From Octopus vulgaris (lineage: Eukaryota): a DNA stretch of 64,000 nt. The DNA is taken from the NCBI GenBank assembly GCA_951406725.2, contig OX597829.1, forward strand, positions 19,282,001 to 19,346,000. The letters run 5' to 3'. Every line of letters begins with the position of its first letter. Position 1 is the first letter of the stretch. Shown one piece after another: positions 25,100 to 38,544 of this stretch. The translations under genes were made by a program, and so were the position numbers. Below the pieces are notes generated by a model that was not told the DNA's origin, did no database searches, and saw only the letters and a list, made by a program, of their open reading frames with translations.

Positions 25100-26101
25100 A
25101 TGCCCTGATCTTAACTGACTGGAAATGTTAACTTGTACATTGTCTTGTTTTGGTATAAAAGATGGGCTACAGCAAATATTCTGCTCAATTCCACAGATTT
25201 GCTTGTCCTTAACCAGTTAAGCATGTCCCTTGGTGGTTGACAATATGTGTATCTCTGATCGCGAGCAGAAGTAGTGGGGGAGCATCATGGGTGTTTTGCG
25301 CAACATCCTTAAACAGACCTTATTCAGAGACCTTTTCAGCGGGATGGGCTACTTGACTTGAAGAAAATTCTAATTGGGCCCCACCTGCAAGGTCATGCAC
25401 TGTTTATCTTGATATGAGATCACTATGTCATGCACATATGGTTGTGATGCATGTGCCTGGTGTACCCTTATCAGACGGGTAGTCATAATGGGTATATTGG
25501 ACTTTGTATATTTTACCCCTGTGTCACTTTGATGGCATGCACTGCTCTCTCACTCAATAATAATAATAATAATAAATGCCCTGATGCAGTACCAGGCAGT
25601 GGCTCTCATGGCTTCTGATCTTAACTGAATGGAAGTTTTATCATGTACATTGTTTTGTCTTGGTATAAAAGATGGACTACAGCAAATATTCTGCTCAATA
25701 CCACAGATTTGCCTGTTGTTTGACCGTAACCAGTTGAGCATGTCCCTTAGTGGCTGACGATATGTGCATCTCTGAACATGAGCAGAAGTAGTGGGAAAGC
25801 ATGTGTTGAGAGGAATTGTTTTGGGGTTTGAATAATTCACCTCTGGATATATGGGTGGTTTTGTTCATCATCCTTAAAACTGGGATGATGGGCTACTCAA
25901 CCTGAAGAAAATTCTAACTGAGCCCCACCTGCAAGGTCATGCGCTGTTTATCTTGATATGAGATCACCATGTCACGCGTATATGGTTGTGATGCATGTGC
26001 CTGGTGTACCCTTATCAGGCGATTAGTCATGATGGGTATACTGGGCTTCGTATATTTTACCCCAGTGTCACTTTGATGGCATGCACTGCTCTCTCACTCA
26101 A
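25100..26101 (+). mobile_element. Two tandem copies of the ~550-bp (TAA)n-associated repeat
   Basis: Each starts aaatgccctgat; separated by (TAA)n at 25557-25575; homologous to 6302-6848. Confidence 0.85.
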
Positions 26102-27377
26102 TGGTTTCAAATTTTGGCACAAGGCCAGCAATTTTGGGGGAGTAGGGTAAGTTGATTACCTTGATCCCAATGCTCAACTGATATTTATTTTATTCCCCAG
26201 AAAGGATAAAAAGGCAAAGTCATCCTTGAATAGATGCTCTCCAAGTAGGAAGCACCTATTATTGTTATCAGAATACTTAGAGAAGTGCTTGACAATTGAA
26301 GGTGCCACCTCAGTCCACTGACTGTGGAGTGGTGGCACCTGTATAACACCACCAGTAACAAATGCTGTATGATACAACAGAATAGTGACAACAACAATAA
26401 CTCCCTCCCTCCCTCCCTCCCTCCCCCCCTCTCTCTCTCTTTCTCTCTGGCCAGTTAACCATGTACCTTCTCCATAGCAAAATACCTGTATCTACCTCTC
26501 TGTCTCTGTGTCGCACTCTAACCTTTCATAGCCTCCTCCCTCTCAAAGATTCCTTGTCTTGCAAGTTACTTTGGTGACCCTGCTGGTGCTGGTGCTACAT
26601 AAAAAGCACTCAGTCCACTTTACAGGGTGGTTGGTGTTAGAAAGGGCACCCAGTTGTAAAAACTATACCAAAACAGACACAGAAGTCTGCTGCAGATTTC
26701 TGCCTGACCAGCTCCTGTCAAAGCATCCAACCCACACAAGCATGGAAGGCAGATGTTAAACAATGATGATGATGTTAATGATGATGATGATGATGTCTCT
26801 TGAAATATCTAAACATTTAAATGTAAATTATTTAAACAATATATATATATATATATATTACAAATGACTATAATTTTAATTACTCGTTTCTTTGTTTTTT
26901 TAATTTGTGTCCTTTTTTTTGCACATGATTATATCCAGTTCTGCTTAATTAATTGCAATTTCACATATCTTACTGATCCTGCAAGCATTTAATTTAGTAT
27001 CTCTTCTGTGATCTTACAATTAATCAGGCATTAGTAATTTTATAAAGCATGGAATATTCACCACCAACAGACATTTCACTGGCAGTGAAAGTCAAGTCCT
27101 CTTTTTTCACTCGTATTTGAAATGTTTTTTTTTCCTTTTAGTTTTATTCCCTTTTATTCATCTTAAAAATAAGCAGCTGCAAACAGCATTTCATTGTTTG
27201 TTGCATCAAATATATTATTTACACAGCTAGAATCTGATTAAACATCTTCATATCAGAAACATTGCTGAAGCAGGCTGTTTTATGTTCTGCAACATGAAAC
27301 TATAAACATCATTTGAAGTAAAACAATAAGGTGAGATAGTATATTAAAATGTAACTAACTTGTCACATAGTTTTGCT

Positions 27378-28325
27378 TTAACCCTTCAGCATTTAAACTA
27401 GCTATACCTGGCTCAAATATTCTACCTGCTTTATGTTCATACTATCCAGATCTGGTCTCACACCTACCCTACAATGTCATTCTGAAAATAAACAATTATA
27501 GGCGCAGGAGTGGCTGTGTGGTAAGTAGCTTGCTCACCATGCTTACCAACCACATGGCTCCGGGTTCAGTCCCACTGCATAGCACCTTGGGCTAGTGTCT
27601 TCTACTATAGCCTCGGGCCAACCAAAGCCTTGTGAGTGGATTTGGTAGAGGGAAACTGAAAGAAGCCCATCAAATATATATATGCGTGTGTGTTTGCGTG
27701 TCTGTGTTTTTCCACCCAACATCACTTGACAACTGATGCTGGTGTGTTTACATCCCTGTAACTTAGCGGTTTGGCAAAAGACACCAATAGAATAAGTACC
27801 AGGCTTACAAAGAATAAGTCCTGGGGTCAATTTGCTCGACTAAAGGCGTTGCTCCAGCATGGCTGCAGTCAAATGACTGAAACAAGTAAAAGAGTAATTA
27901 CATTATTGAAATCTTAAAGCCATAAGATAATACATGATTAATTCAAAACAATGTGAATATATAAGCATTACATTTGGCATGCTAAAAGGTTAATCCAACC
28001 ATGCCCAATCCAAATATTCTGTTTTATGTTCAAAAAGGACAGATCCAGCCTCTCACACCTACTCTACAATGTCATTTTAAAAATAAGCAATCACATCATC
28101 AAAATCTCAAAGTTTTGAGTAATCTGAATGCTAAAGGATTAAGCTAGCCATATCCAGTCGAAGTATTTCACCTGTTTTGTGTGTGGCCTCTCACACTTAC
28201 CTTACAATATCATTCTAAAAATAAACAATTATATTATTGAAATCTCAAAGCTATGAGATAATGCATGAACAATTTAAAACATTAATTCAATAAACAAGCA
28301 TTAAGTAAATTAAGTGTTAAAGGGC
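27378..28325. mobile_element. Three tandem piggyBac-type MITE units; the first carries a SINE A (27500-27895, + strand)
   Basis: TTAA|cccttcagcatt ... atgctaaaagg|TTAA termini; shared core ctctcacacctaccctacaatgtcattct. Same family at 45952-46516. Confidence 0.7.
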
Positions 28326-28790
28326 TCACAAAAAAACAAACATTACTGAGCTAACACAGGAGCCTCTATTCTACCCAATATGCTAGAAGAAGTAGCCAAA
28401 TTCCCTGCCTCGCTCTGCCTCACCCTACTCCACCATAAATCACAGTCTTAATGCTATAACATAGGAAAAAATACATTGAATGATGTGGTCACTTATATTC
28501 ATTTATTCTTTTACTTGTTTCAGTCATTTAACTGCAGCCATGCTGGAGCACCCCCTTTTGCCGAACAAATCGACCCCGGGACTTATTCTTTGTAAGCCTA
28601 GTACTTATTCTATCAGTCTCTTTTTTTGCTGAACGTCCAAGTTACTGGGACACAAACACACCAAAGTGGGTTGTCAAGCGATGGTGGGTGGGGCCTAACA
28701 CAGACACACATACACAAATATATACATACATATATATATATAAATATATATATATATACACATACTTATACATATATATACATATACATG

Positions 28791-28838
<48 letters not shown>

Positions 28839-29328
28839 TATACATAAAGAAGCATTGGTTATAAAACAAACATTAAATTTGGGTCAACAACTTTATATAC
28901 AACACCACCCCGCAAACATTTAATCATATCGAAAAAAACACCAGGGTCCACAAACACATAAAAAATACATATACATAAAATCACAGAATGTAAAAATATA
29001 TATATTCTGATAAAATACAATTAGAACAGCTTATCAAAAGTTAAATACAATGACCAAAAATTCAAATATAATATAAATAAAGATAAAAATAAAATAAAAT
29101 AAGTGTCCAATGGCTAAAAAGATGTTATCATACGATTAAAATATTTTTTTTTAATTATTAAAAAAAATTTTTTTTTAATATTTGAGAAAGTCTTTTACTT
29201 CCCTCACACAGGTACATCCAAAGTCAATAAGTAAGCAGACTTCTACAGGTCAAATTCACATACATCTTGAAAAAAGTCTTTTATTCCCCTCACACAGGTA
29301 CGTTCAAAGTACGGTCAAATTCAACATT

Positions 29329-29423
29329 CACATATATCAATGGTCATTTCGGGAGCTCACCACCGCAGTTCATTTACACTAAAGTGCATCACGGCGATGA
29401 CCTCCCTCATCAGGATAAACATG
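29329..29423 (-). ncRNA. Type I hammerhead ribozyme motif
   Basis: Minus: catgtttatc-CTGATGA-gggag.tcatcgccgtg..tgcggtggtga.ctccc-GAAAT-gacc-ATT-gatatatgtg. Confidence 0.75.
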
Positions 29424-29636
29424 AAACATGCACAGATCAAAACTTTTATTTTATTTTGCGCAGGAGTGGCTGTGTGGTAAGTAGCTTGCCTACCAACCAC
29501 ATGGTTCTGGGTTCAGTCTCACTGCATGGCACCTTGGGCAAGTGTCTTCTACTAAAACCTCAGGCCGACCAAAGCCTTGTGAGAAAATTTGGTAGACGGA
29601 AACTGAAAGAAGCTTGTTCGTATATATGTATATATA

Positions 29637-30722
29637 CTAGCAGTATAACCCAGCCTTGCCCAGCATTAAGTTATGATTATTAAGCTAATCAAGTTCTTTA
29701 TTTCAAACCAAACTAAGTAATATAGACGTCAAATTTTGGCGAAATCCATTGAAATTAGTTATATTATATATATATGTTATATATATATATTATATGTATT
29801 ATATATATTATAATATAAATATATATGGGCAACAGACATGAACAACATACACACATGTACGTACGTACACCTATTGCATGTTTTGTGCATGCATACATGT
29901 TCATAAACAGAAATGAATGGGAAAAATATGTTGTTAAATTTGTAGATTAACACTCGCATGATTTTCACTAAGAAAAGAAATCGTTTTTTTTTGCTTGGAA
30001 TCAACTACTCTGGCCTCAAAACCCTTTTTGTGGTCCATGAAACAGAGTGGGGTGTGGTGGAAGCCTCGCAAATCGTACCCATTTATATTGTGCAATTCAC
30101 TGACAAATTGTTACTCACCTCTTTGTTTCTTTGTTGTTAAATAAATGGATTGTCAACAAAACACTTTTTTACGCGGCGTAAAATAAAAACAAAACTCTTT
30201 CGCACCCAAAGTGATGTGTGTGAGAGAGAGAGGGGGGGAGAAAGATGAACGATTTAAAATAAATAAATGATTTAAAATAAATATATTGTAATTGTTGTGT
30301 GAGAAAGTATATATACTATGATTATAAAATATAGTGTGCCTTTCAAAAGCAAAAAACTAAACATTTTACATTTTATTTTTTATGAACGTAGTCACTTACT
30401 CTCTCTCTCTCTCTCTCACCTCTCTCACTTTGTCTTTCCCGTGAAACTCTCTGCCACCTTCCACTTTTCTTTATCTTATTTTTTTTTGTCAAAAAAGCAA
30501 AGGCTGATATTTTTTGTGGCTAAAAGCTATGTCTGAAAATAGATATTTACGCTATCCACGGGTGCCTCGGGGGTGGGAGGGAATAAGTTGACAAAATCCA
30601 GATAGGGTGTTGACAAATGTCCTAAAATTGGAGTGACATGCATGCTAATTTGTGGACGTGCATAAATTACAATCACGTACACACACACATGCGCACACTC
30701 ATCCTCCCTTTTATAGATATGA
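29637..30722 (-). mobile_element. Non-autonomous Helitron, second copy
   Basis: Both ends are reverse complements of the ends of 14857-16055 (ctagcagtata..attaagctaatcaag; gcatgctaatttgtggacgtgcataaattac). Confidence 0.75.
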
Positions 30723-30909
30723 TATATATATATATAGTACAAAGTAAGATAGGGGTTATGGGTGTAACCCACTATGGGATATCATTTATCCAATATACTG
30801 TTGGTAAAGTACCCAAATTCTTAATACATAAATGTTTTTAATTGCAATGCAATTAATTCATTTATTGTATTAAACGGGTGAAGGTAAAGAAATATTTTTA
30901 CCGTAAATT

Positions 30910-31120
30910 TATAATACAAATAAGAAAATGGAGAAACAAATTTAGTTTGTTCATCAACTTACGGATATTAGAATGTTAGATTATTTATTCATTTTACAAA
31001 TGAGAACATCTATGCTTTTGATGTTCTCATTTGTAAAATGAATAAATAATCCAGCATTATAATATCCGTAAGTTGATGAACAAACTAAATTTGTTTCTCC
31101 GTTTTCTTATTTGTATTATA
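30910..31120. repeat. Foldback inverted repeat, ~100-bp arms, 9-nt loop
   Basis: 30910-31010 versus 31020-31120; few mismatches. Confidence 0.9.
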
Positions 31121-31740
31121 TATATATATATATATGTGTGTGTGTATGTGTGTGTATATGTTTGGGTGTCTGTGTTTGTCCACCCAACATCGCTTGACAA
31201 CCGATGATGGTGTGTTTACATCCCCATAACTTAGCAGTTTGGCAAAAGAGACCAATAGAATAAGTACTACGCTTACAAAGAATAAGTCCTAGGGTCGATT
31301 TGCTCAACTAAAGGTGGTGCTCCAGCATTGCTACAGTCAAATGACTGAAACAAGTAAAAAAAAAAAGAGTATTTATTTTATATTTGTCCATTAGGCCTTT
31401 TGATAGTTTCGAATTTTTGGTCATTGTATTTAACTTTTGATAAGCTGATCTATTTGTATTTTATTAGAGTATATATATTTTTACATTCTGTGATTTTATG
31501 TATATGTATTATTTTGTTTATGTGTTTTGGAACCATGGTGATTTTATATATGATTAAATGTTTGCGGGGTGGTGTTGTATATAAAGTCGTTGACCCAAAT
31601 TTAATGTTTGTACTATAACCAATGCTTCTTTATCATCATCTCATTTATATTTGAGCACTTCTTTTGCAGTCCTATTAACCCTTTTGGTTCTGTAATAAGA
31701 GACAAATATTATTTCTTATTGTATATATATACATGCATAC

Positions 31741-31820
<80 letters not shown>

Positions 31821-32449
31821 TACAAAATTTTCAACCCCTATCTCATTTTATAATATATATATATATATATATATATGCAACAGGCTTCTTTCAGTTTCTG
31901 TCTTCCAAATTCATCCACAAGGCTTTTGTCAGCCCAATGCTATAGTAAAAGACACTTTACCCAAGGTGCTATGCAGTGGGACTGAACCTGGAACTATGTG
32001 GTTGGGAAGCAAGCTTCTTACCACACAGCCACTCCTGCACCTGCATATACAAAATGATAGGCTGAGCCAGGTTCAAACAAGAACAACAACAAGAACAAGA
32101 GAAACAGCTTAGATACTTAGTGTACCTTTTAGATAAGGCATTTGAACTTTTATTTGTAAATATTCTGATCATGACTTTAAGCAGCTTTACTTTCTGCATG
32201 TTAAACAATTCATCACATTTGCATAATCAATAAACTCTGTTGGTTAATATGTCATCAACATTCTATAGACTAAAGCTTTATTAATTAACTGGACTCTTGC
32301 ATCAACTGCATCTATTTCAAATCTTTCTGTCTTTGATCAGTTGGTACTTCAATGCTCAAGTGTCTTGTTGCCACTTCTAATATTATTAGACTCACAGAAA
32401 TTCAAAGATATAAAATTTTTGAATGAACACAATATATTGATATGTCCAT

Positions 32450-33590
32450 ATCATCATCATCATCATCATCATCATCATTATCATCATCATTTAATGTATG
32501 TTGTCCATGCTGGCATGGGTTGGATGGTTTGACCAGGGCTGGCAAGCTGGAAGGCTGCACCAGACTCCAGTCTGATTTGGTATGGTTTCTATGGCTAGAT
32601 GCCCTTTTTAATGCCAACCACTCCAAGAGTGTAATGGGTGCTTTCATGTGCCACTGGCATGAGTGCCACTGGCATAGGTGCCACTGGCATGGGTGCCACT
32701 TGCATGATGCCAGTATATGCCACGACTGTGATTTTGCTCAACTTGATGGGTCTTCTTCTCAAGCATGAAACAATGCCAAAGATTTTGGTCATTGCCTCCA
32801 TGAGGCCCAGCACTTGAAAGGAACTCAGCCACTTTGCATCCGTGAGGCTCAACACTTGAAAGGAACTTGCCTCTATGAGGCCCAGTGTTTGAAAGGAACT
32901 CAGACACTTTGCCTCCATGAGGCCCAACGCTCAAAAGGTGCTCTTTATGCACTGCCAACATGGGTGCCAGTTACATGACACCAACATCGGTCACAACTAC
33001 GATTTCACTTGGCTTGACAGGTCTTCTTAAGTACAGCATATTGCCAAAGGTCTCGGTCACAAGTCATTGCCTCAGTGAGGCTCAGAGTTCAAAGATCATG
33101 CTTCACCAACGCTGTCTTCCTGGGTTTACCTCTACCACAGGTTCCCTTCACAGTCAGAGATCAGCACTTCTTTACACAGTTGGCCTCATTCATATGCATT
33201 ACATAACCATACCAGTGCAGTCATCTCTTGCACACCACATCTGATACCTCTTATGCCTGACTTACACTCTGTCGAACATTCGCACTGACATTGCACATCC
33301 AGCAAAGCATACTGGCTTTGTTTCTTTTAAACCTACACATGTCCTCGGCTGTCACAGTCCATGTTTCACTGCTATGCAACATAGCTGTTCATACACAGGC
33401 ATCATACACTCTGAAAAAGAGGCCCTTTGTTGCCAGCAGAGGTAGGAGCTCTCTGAACTTTGCCCAGCCTAATCTTATTCTCACAGTTACATTCTCAGAG
33501 CTATTAACTTGGTCACCTAGATAACAGAAGCTATCAACTACCTATAGCTTACCCCGCTGACAGTTGATGAAGTCTATTTTCTGCCCATTT
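32450..33590 (-). mobile_element. 5'-truncated RTE-clade LINE with 3' UTR and (GAT)n tail
   Basis: Minus translation VVDSFCYLGDQV..RIRLGWAKFRELLPLLATKG..VYDACV.TAMLHSSETW..MLCWMCNVS; 3' UTR contains short tandem repeats (gtgccactggcat). Confidence 0.85.
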
Positions 33591-34189
33591 TCAGCATTTT
33601 TTGTACCTGTGTATCTACCAGACACAAAAGCTATTTTCCCTGTTAACCTTCCTCTAATATTGCTGCACCTTTTATCTGTCTAAAGCTTACACCAGATTGG
33701 CACTCATGCTAGTGGCATGTAAAAAGTATCATTCAAACGTGGTCGATGCCAGTGCCGCCTGACTGGTCCTGTGCCAGAGGCATTTAAAAAGCACTATTCA
33801 AGCATGATCGTTGCCAGTACACCTGACTGGCTCTCATGCTGGTGGCATGTAAAAAGCACCATTCAAGCGTGGTTGATGCCAGTACCACCTGACTGGCTTT
33901 TGTGCCAGTGGCACATAAAAAGCACCCACTACACTCCTAGAGTGGTTGGCGTTAGGAAGGGTATCCAGCTGTAGAAACTTTGCCAGATCAGACTGGATCC
34001 TGGTGCAGCCTTCTGGCTTGCCAGCTCTCAGTCAAACCGTCCGACTCATGCCAGCATGGAAAGCGGACATTAAACAAAAATGATGACGAAGATGATGATG
34101 ATGATATATGGATGCACAAGAAGTGGAGTGGGATCACAGACAAACAAACAGAAAAGTAGACTTTGTATGCAGTAGATGTATAATGACAA

Positions 34190-34720
34190 CAAAACACTAA
34201 GACGGCTCTCTAAAAGTAGTTGATAGTTTCCATTACCCTGGTGGTCTAATTAGCAGCAGAAATGCATATTCTGAATGTATAGAAACCTGTAAACAAAAAA
34301 ATAAGCTGAAGAAATTTTAGGAGGCTATTACCTCTGATTGTACAATAGCTTGGTGTTTCTCCCTCAGAGCAACAGGTAGATTGTGTGATGCTCTGTATAT
34401 GAACTGTGAATGCTGCATAGAATTAAGATGTGGGCTGAGAACGCTGATGACATGTCAAGACAAGATAGAAATGAAGTGATTATGAGCAATGTGAATGAAT
34501 GACCAAGCACAAATGGCATAAAAGGAATCAGATATTGCCTCCAAGAGAGAAGACCATGCTATGGGCATGTGATGAATATGGAACATGACAGCTCCATAAA
34601 TTGCAGTTGACATAACCTGTTAAAGAGGGAAGCCAAGGAAAATGTGCGATGAAGTGGGAGAAAACTGATCTCAAGATGATCAGCTGCTCACAGAGGATAT
34701 GACCAAGGATTAAGTGCTGA
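34190..34720 (+). mobile_element. Older, more decayed RTE fragment
   Basis: aaagtagttgatagtttccattacc (KVVDSF.Y), aattttaggaggctattacctctg; homologous to the reverse of 33400-33550. Confidence 0.65.
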
Positions 34721-35007
34721 GTATCACATGTATCACAGAACTCCCCACCCCACTCATTTGTGCAGTTCAACTAACCGATGCTAAAAAAAATTGGTAATTA
34801 TGGAAGTTGGACATATATTGTAAAATGCATTAATATGTGTAGTACGTTCTTTTATTCTTTGACTTGCTTCAGTCACTTGACTGTGGCAACTCCTTAAAGA
34901 AATCGACCCCGCAACTTATTCTTTGCAAGCCTAGTACTTATTCTGTTGCTTTCTTTCCACATCAGTTGTCAAGCAATTGTGGTGGGAGGACAAACACAGA
35001 CACAAAG

Positions 35008-35073
<66 letters not shown>

Positions 35074-35076
35074 TAA

Positions 35077-35302
35077 GGCGACGAGCTGGCAGAAACGTTA
35101 GCACACCGGGCAAAATGCGTAGCCGTATTTCGTCTGCCGTTACGTTCTGAGTTCAAATTCTGCCGAGGTCGACTGTGCTTTTCATCCTTCTGGGGTCGAT
35201 AAATACAGTACCAGTTTCGCACTGGGGTCGATGTAATCGACTTATTCCCTTCGTCTGTCCTTGTTTGTCCTCTCTATGCTTAGCCCCTTGTGGGCAGTAA
35301 AG

Positions 35303-35307
<5 letters not shown>
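35077..35307 (+). mobile_element. SINE family C (ggcgagctggcagaaacgttagc...aaagaaata)
   Basis: B-box-like gagttcaaatt and central ttcatccttctggggtcgataaa..gtaccag. Copies at 39257-39482(-) and 42487-42717(-), with fragments at 7340-7720, 10915-11025, 11130-11590, 42965-43260, 57975-58185, 58730-58870. Confidence 0.85.
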
Positions 35308-35339
<32 letters not shown>

Positions 35340-35523
35340 CATGATAGATCGCTAGCCACTACACACATTTTTTTGCTCTCCTTGTTTCTTTGAGTGTTCC
35401 TTTCAGTGGAAGAGCGTATGCTCGAAACATTAAAAACTTTTCAATTCCCGAGCGTTACACTAATACATCTGTTTGTTTTCTACACCACCTGTCTTCATCT
35501 TTTGTTTATTTGTGAATTCTCCC

Positions 35524-35567
<44 letters not shown>

Positions 35568-36763
35568 TGTCTGTGTTTGTCCCCCCACCACAATTGCTTG
35601 ACAACTGATGTTGGTGTGTTTACATCCCTGTAACTTAGCAGTTCAGTGGAAAGAAAACAACAGAATAAGTACTAGGCTTACAAAGTATAAGTTCCGGGGT
35701 TGATTTCTTTAAGGCATTGCCACAGTTAAGTGACTGAAACAAGTAAAAGAATAAAAGAAAGTGCATGCATTTTACAATATATACCCAACTTCCATAATTA
35801 CCACAATTTTTTTAGCATCTGTTAGTTGGAACTATATTATATATATATATATATATATATGATGTGCTTTTTTCAGTTTCTGTCTTCCAAATTCACTCAC
35901 AAGGCTTTGGTTGGCCTGAGACTATAGTAGAAGACATTTGGCCAAGGTGCCACATAGTTGGACTGAACCCAGAACCATGTGGTTGGGAAGCAAGCTTCTT
36001 ACCACACAGACACACATATGCACTACACTGTCTACTTTGACATTTTTTCAACAGATGGATACCTTCCTAAATCCAATCGGCTTAGAGAGTGTATATTTTT
36101 TTTTTTTTTTTTCTGTACTTGTTTCAGTCATTTGACTGCGGCCATGCTGGAGCACCGCCTTTTAGAGTGGTGAAAGAGTACAGCAGGGATCACCACCTCC
36201 TGCCGGAGCCTCGTGGAGCTTTTAGGTGTTTTCGCTCAATAAACACACACAACGCCCGGTCTGGGAATCGAAACCGCGATCCTCCGACCGCAAGTCCGCT
36301 GCCCTAACCACTAGGCCATTGCTTTTATTTCTGTTTTTGTTTTTCATCGCATCATCAATCATTATTGAGGCTACCATGCACCTTGCAAAACTATAAACCC
36401 CAAAGGAGGCACCTAGATAGATAGCAGATGAGGGATTCAGAAAAGAACAGGTTGCTTGCTGTAGAATCAATTGTTTTTTTGGTGGGTGGGTATTTTTTCA
36501 AATCTGGCTACAATAAGCAGAGATGGAACAGCAATACTAAGACCTTCTTGCAGAGCTTCCAAGACTGGCATCAAGGAAAAAATCAACTACATTTTATGGG
36601 TTGATGTGGTAAGAAGAAGCAACTTATCGATGTCTAGTAATCCTCTAACTAGAGACCAGGTCATTTAAATACCATCAACATAGTGCCTCTCCACATATAC
36701 CTGCTAAAGCACTCCATAAATACCTCTGCAATGTTAATTCAAATCACTCATTTTCTCAGTAAA

Positions 36764-37245
36764 TAGGGTAAAGACCCCCTTCAGTTATGAGTGACCATGA
36801 GATTGCACCTATAAAGTTCCCCTCCAAGACACAAGTCCAGGCAAGGTTGTTTATGGAAGACCAGCAGTCACCCATGCATACCGGTCTCCCCTCTCCATGC
36901 CATTATATACACATAGAGTAATGGGTAAAGACCCCCTTTGGTCATGACTGACCATGTGATTGCACCTATAAAGTTCCCCTCCAAGGCACAAGTCCAGGCA
37001 AGGTTGTTTATGGAAGACCAGCAGTCAGCCATGCATACTAGCCTCCCCTCCACACCATCAATGTTATCCAAGGGAAAGGCAAAGGCTGATACAGCTTGGC
37101 AACCCATTTCTACAGATGAGTGAACTGGAGCAATGTGAAATAAAGTGTCTTGCTCAAGAACACAATGCACAGCCCAGTCCAGGAATCAAACTCCCTACCT
37201 CATGATTACGAGCCTGATGCTCTAACCACTGAGCCATGCACCTTT
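36764..37245 (-). mobile_element. tRNA-derived SINE with tandemly duplicated 3' part
   Basis: Minus head gcatggctcagtggttagagc..gagtttgattcc; 36766-36900 duplicates 36922-37052. Confidence 0.8.
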
Positions 37246-38392
37246 TCTCAGTACTGCAAAGTATAACAAGGCATAACAACATTAGATTTCTTTGAACAAG
37301 ATCATTGAATTTGATGGCAGCAAATAGTTTCTTGGTAACATTACCTGTTAGAATTTTTTTTTTTATAGCAAGTCTTATCTATTAGTAATTCAACATATTT
37401 CATCTTCTTTATGTAATTACAGGTTAAAGCCTCTGCTGCTTTTCTAGCAGATAAACCAGTATAATGGAATGTGTTATCTCTTCGGCTTTTTTTTTTTTTT
37501 TAAGAAAGAAAAGAAAATGAAGAAAGAAGATTACGAACAAAACAGAACAGAACTAGAGATTTAAAAAATATATGCATGTATGTATGTATGTATTTTATTA
37601 ACAAGAAATAAGCATCATTAGTAGAACTGAACACAGAATTTGAAAAAAAATAAATCTTGAGAAGAAACTCAAAAAACAGCTAGAAAACACAAAATACATT
37701 TCCAAAACAGAACTGGAAAATTAGAAAGAAGAATGAAAAACACCATTAATAACAAACAAACATTATTAGAGAAAAAAAAAAGTATGTTAACAAAAATTGC
37801 AGTACTGCACGTATGAAACAAAATGAATAAGAAGAAAAAAATTAAAGAAAATAAGAGGAATATTGAACATAAATATCAGCAAATATTAATAAAACAGGAC
37901 GTGGAATTTTAGAAATAAGAATTAAATATAAACGAATCAAAAATGAGAATTAAAGAAAAAGAGACAAGCGTCATTAACAAATACCAAACATTTTCAACCA
38001 ACATAAATATTGTCAACAAAAACAAATATTATCAGCAAATATAAGCAATATCAAACAAAATAAAAATTATCAACAATAATAAAAAAAAATGGACATTATT
38101 ACCAAATGTAGAACTATGGATTAAAAAAAAAATTAAGTTAGCTTCGACTAGGAATCAAAGCTACCTTGTGGACATGGCACCTGGCTGTCTACCTTTTTAC
38201 TCTGCAGTTCTCACAATGGGAGAGAACAAATATTATTGGCATCACTGATGTGAGAGCTAAATTAATAAATTATTTAATTAGTGTGCTTTTTTTTTTTAAT
38301 TAATACTTAATTATTTAATACACCGTTTTATACCATTTTAAACATAAAAAGCAGAAAATACATTATACATGTATTCATATACCAACACATAG

Positions 38393-38437
<45 letters not shown>

Positions 38438-38506
38438 CACATACATATATATATTTATATATACATGTGTGTGTATATATATAAGTATATGCGTGTGTGT
38501 ATGTAT

Positions 38507-38544
<38 letters not shown>

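Larger units (their letters stand above)
28845..31632 (-). mobile_element. Penelope-like pLTR remnant with inverted ends, split by a nested SINE, Helitron and foldback
   Basis: 28845-29065 is inverted at ~31410-31632; hammerhead at 29329-29423; lies in the middle of a SINE A (28505-28710 plus 31875-32045). Confidence 0.65.

Noticed and set aside
24701-25131. Poly-N/poly-I/poly-L ORFs
   Set aside because: (AAT)n microsatellite read-through.
35400-35436. GAGC-gtat-GCTC-GAAAC hairpin resembling a hammerhead
   Set aside because: 5' core reads CAGTGGAA rather than CUGANGA and stem I is only A/T; left as a weak candidate.
37490-38135. Strongly A-rich asymmetric tract
   Set aside because: Low-complexity sequence with no repeat unit or ORF; no function supportable.
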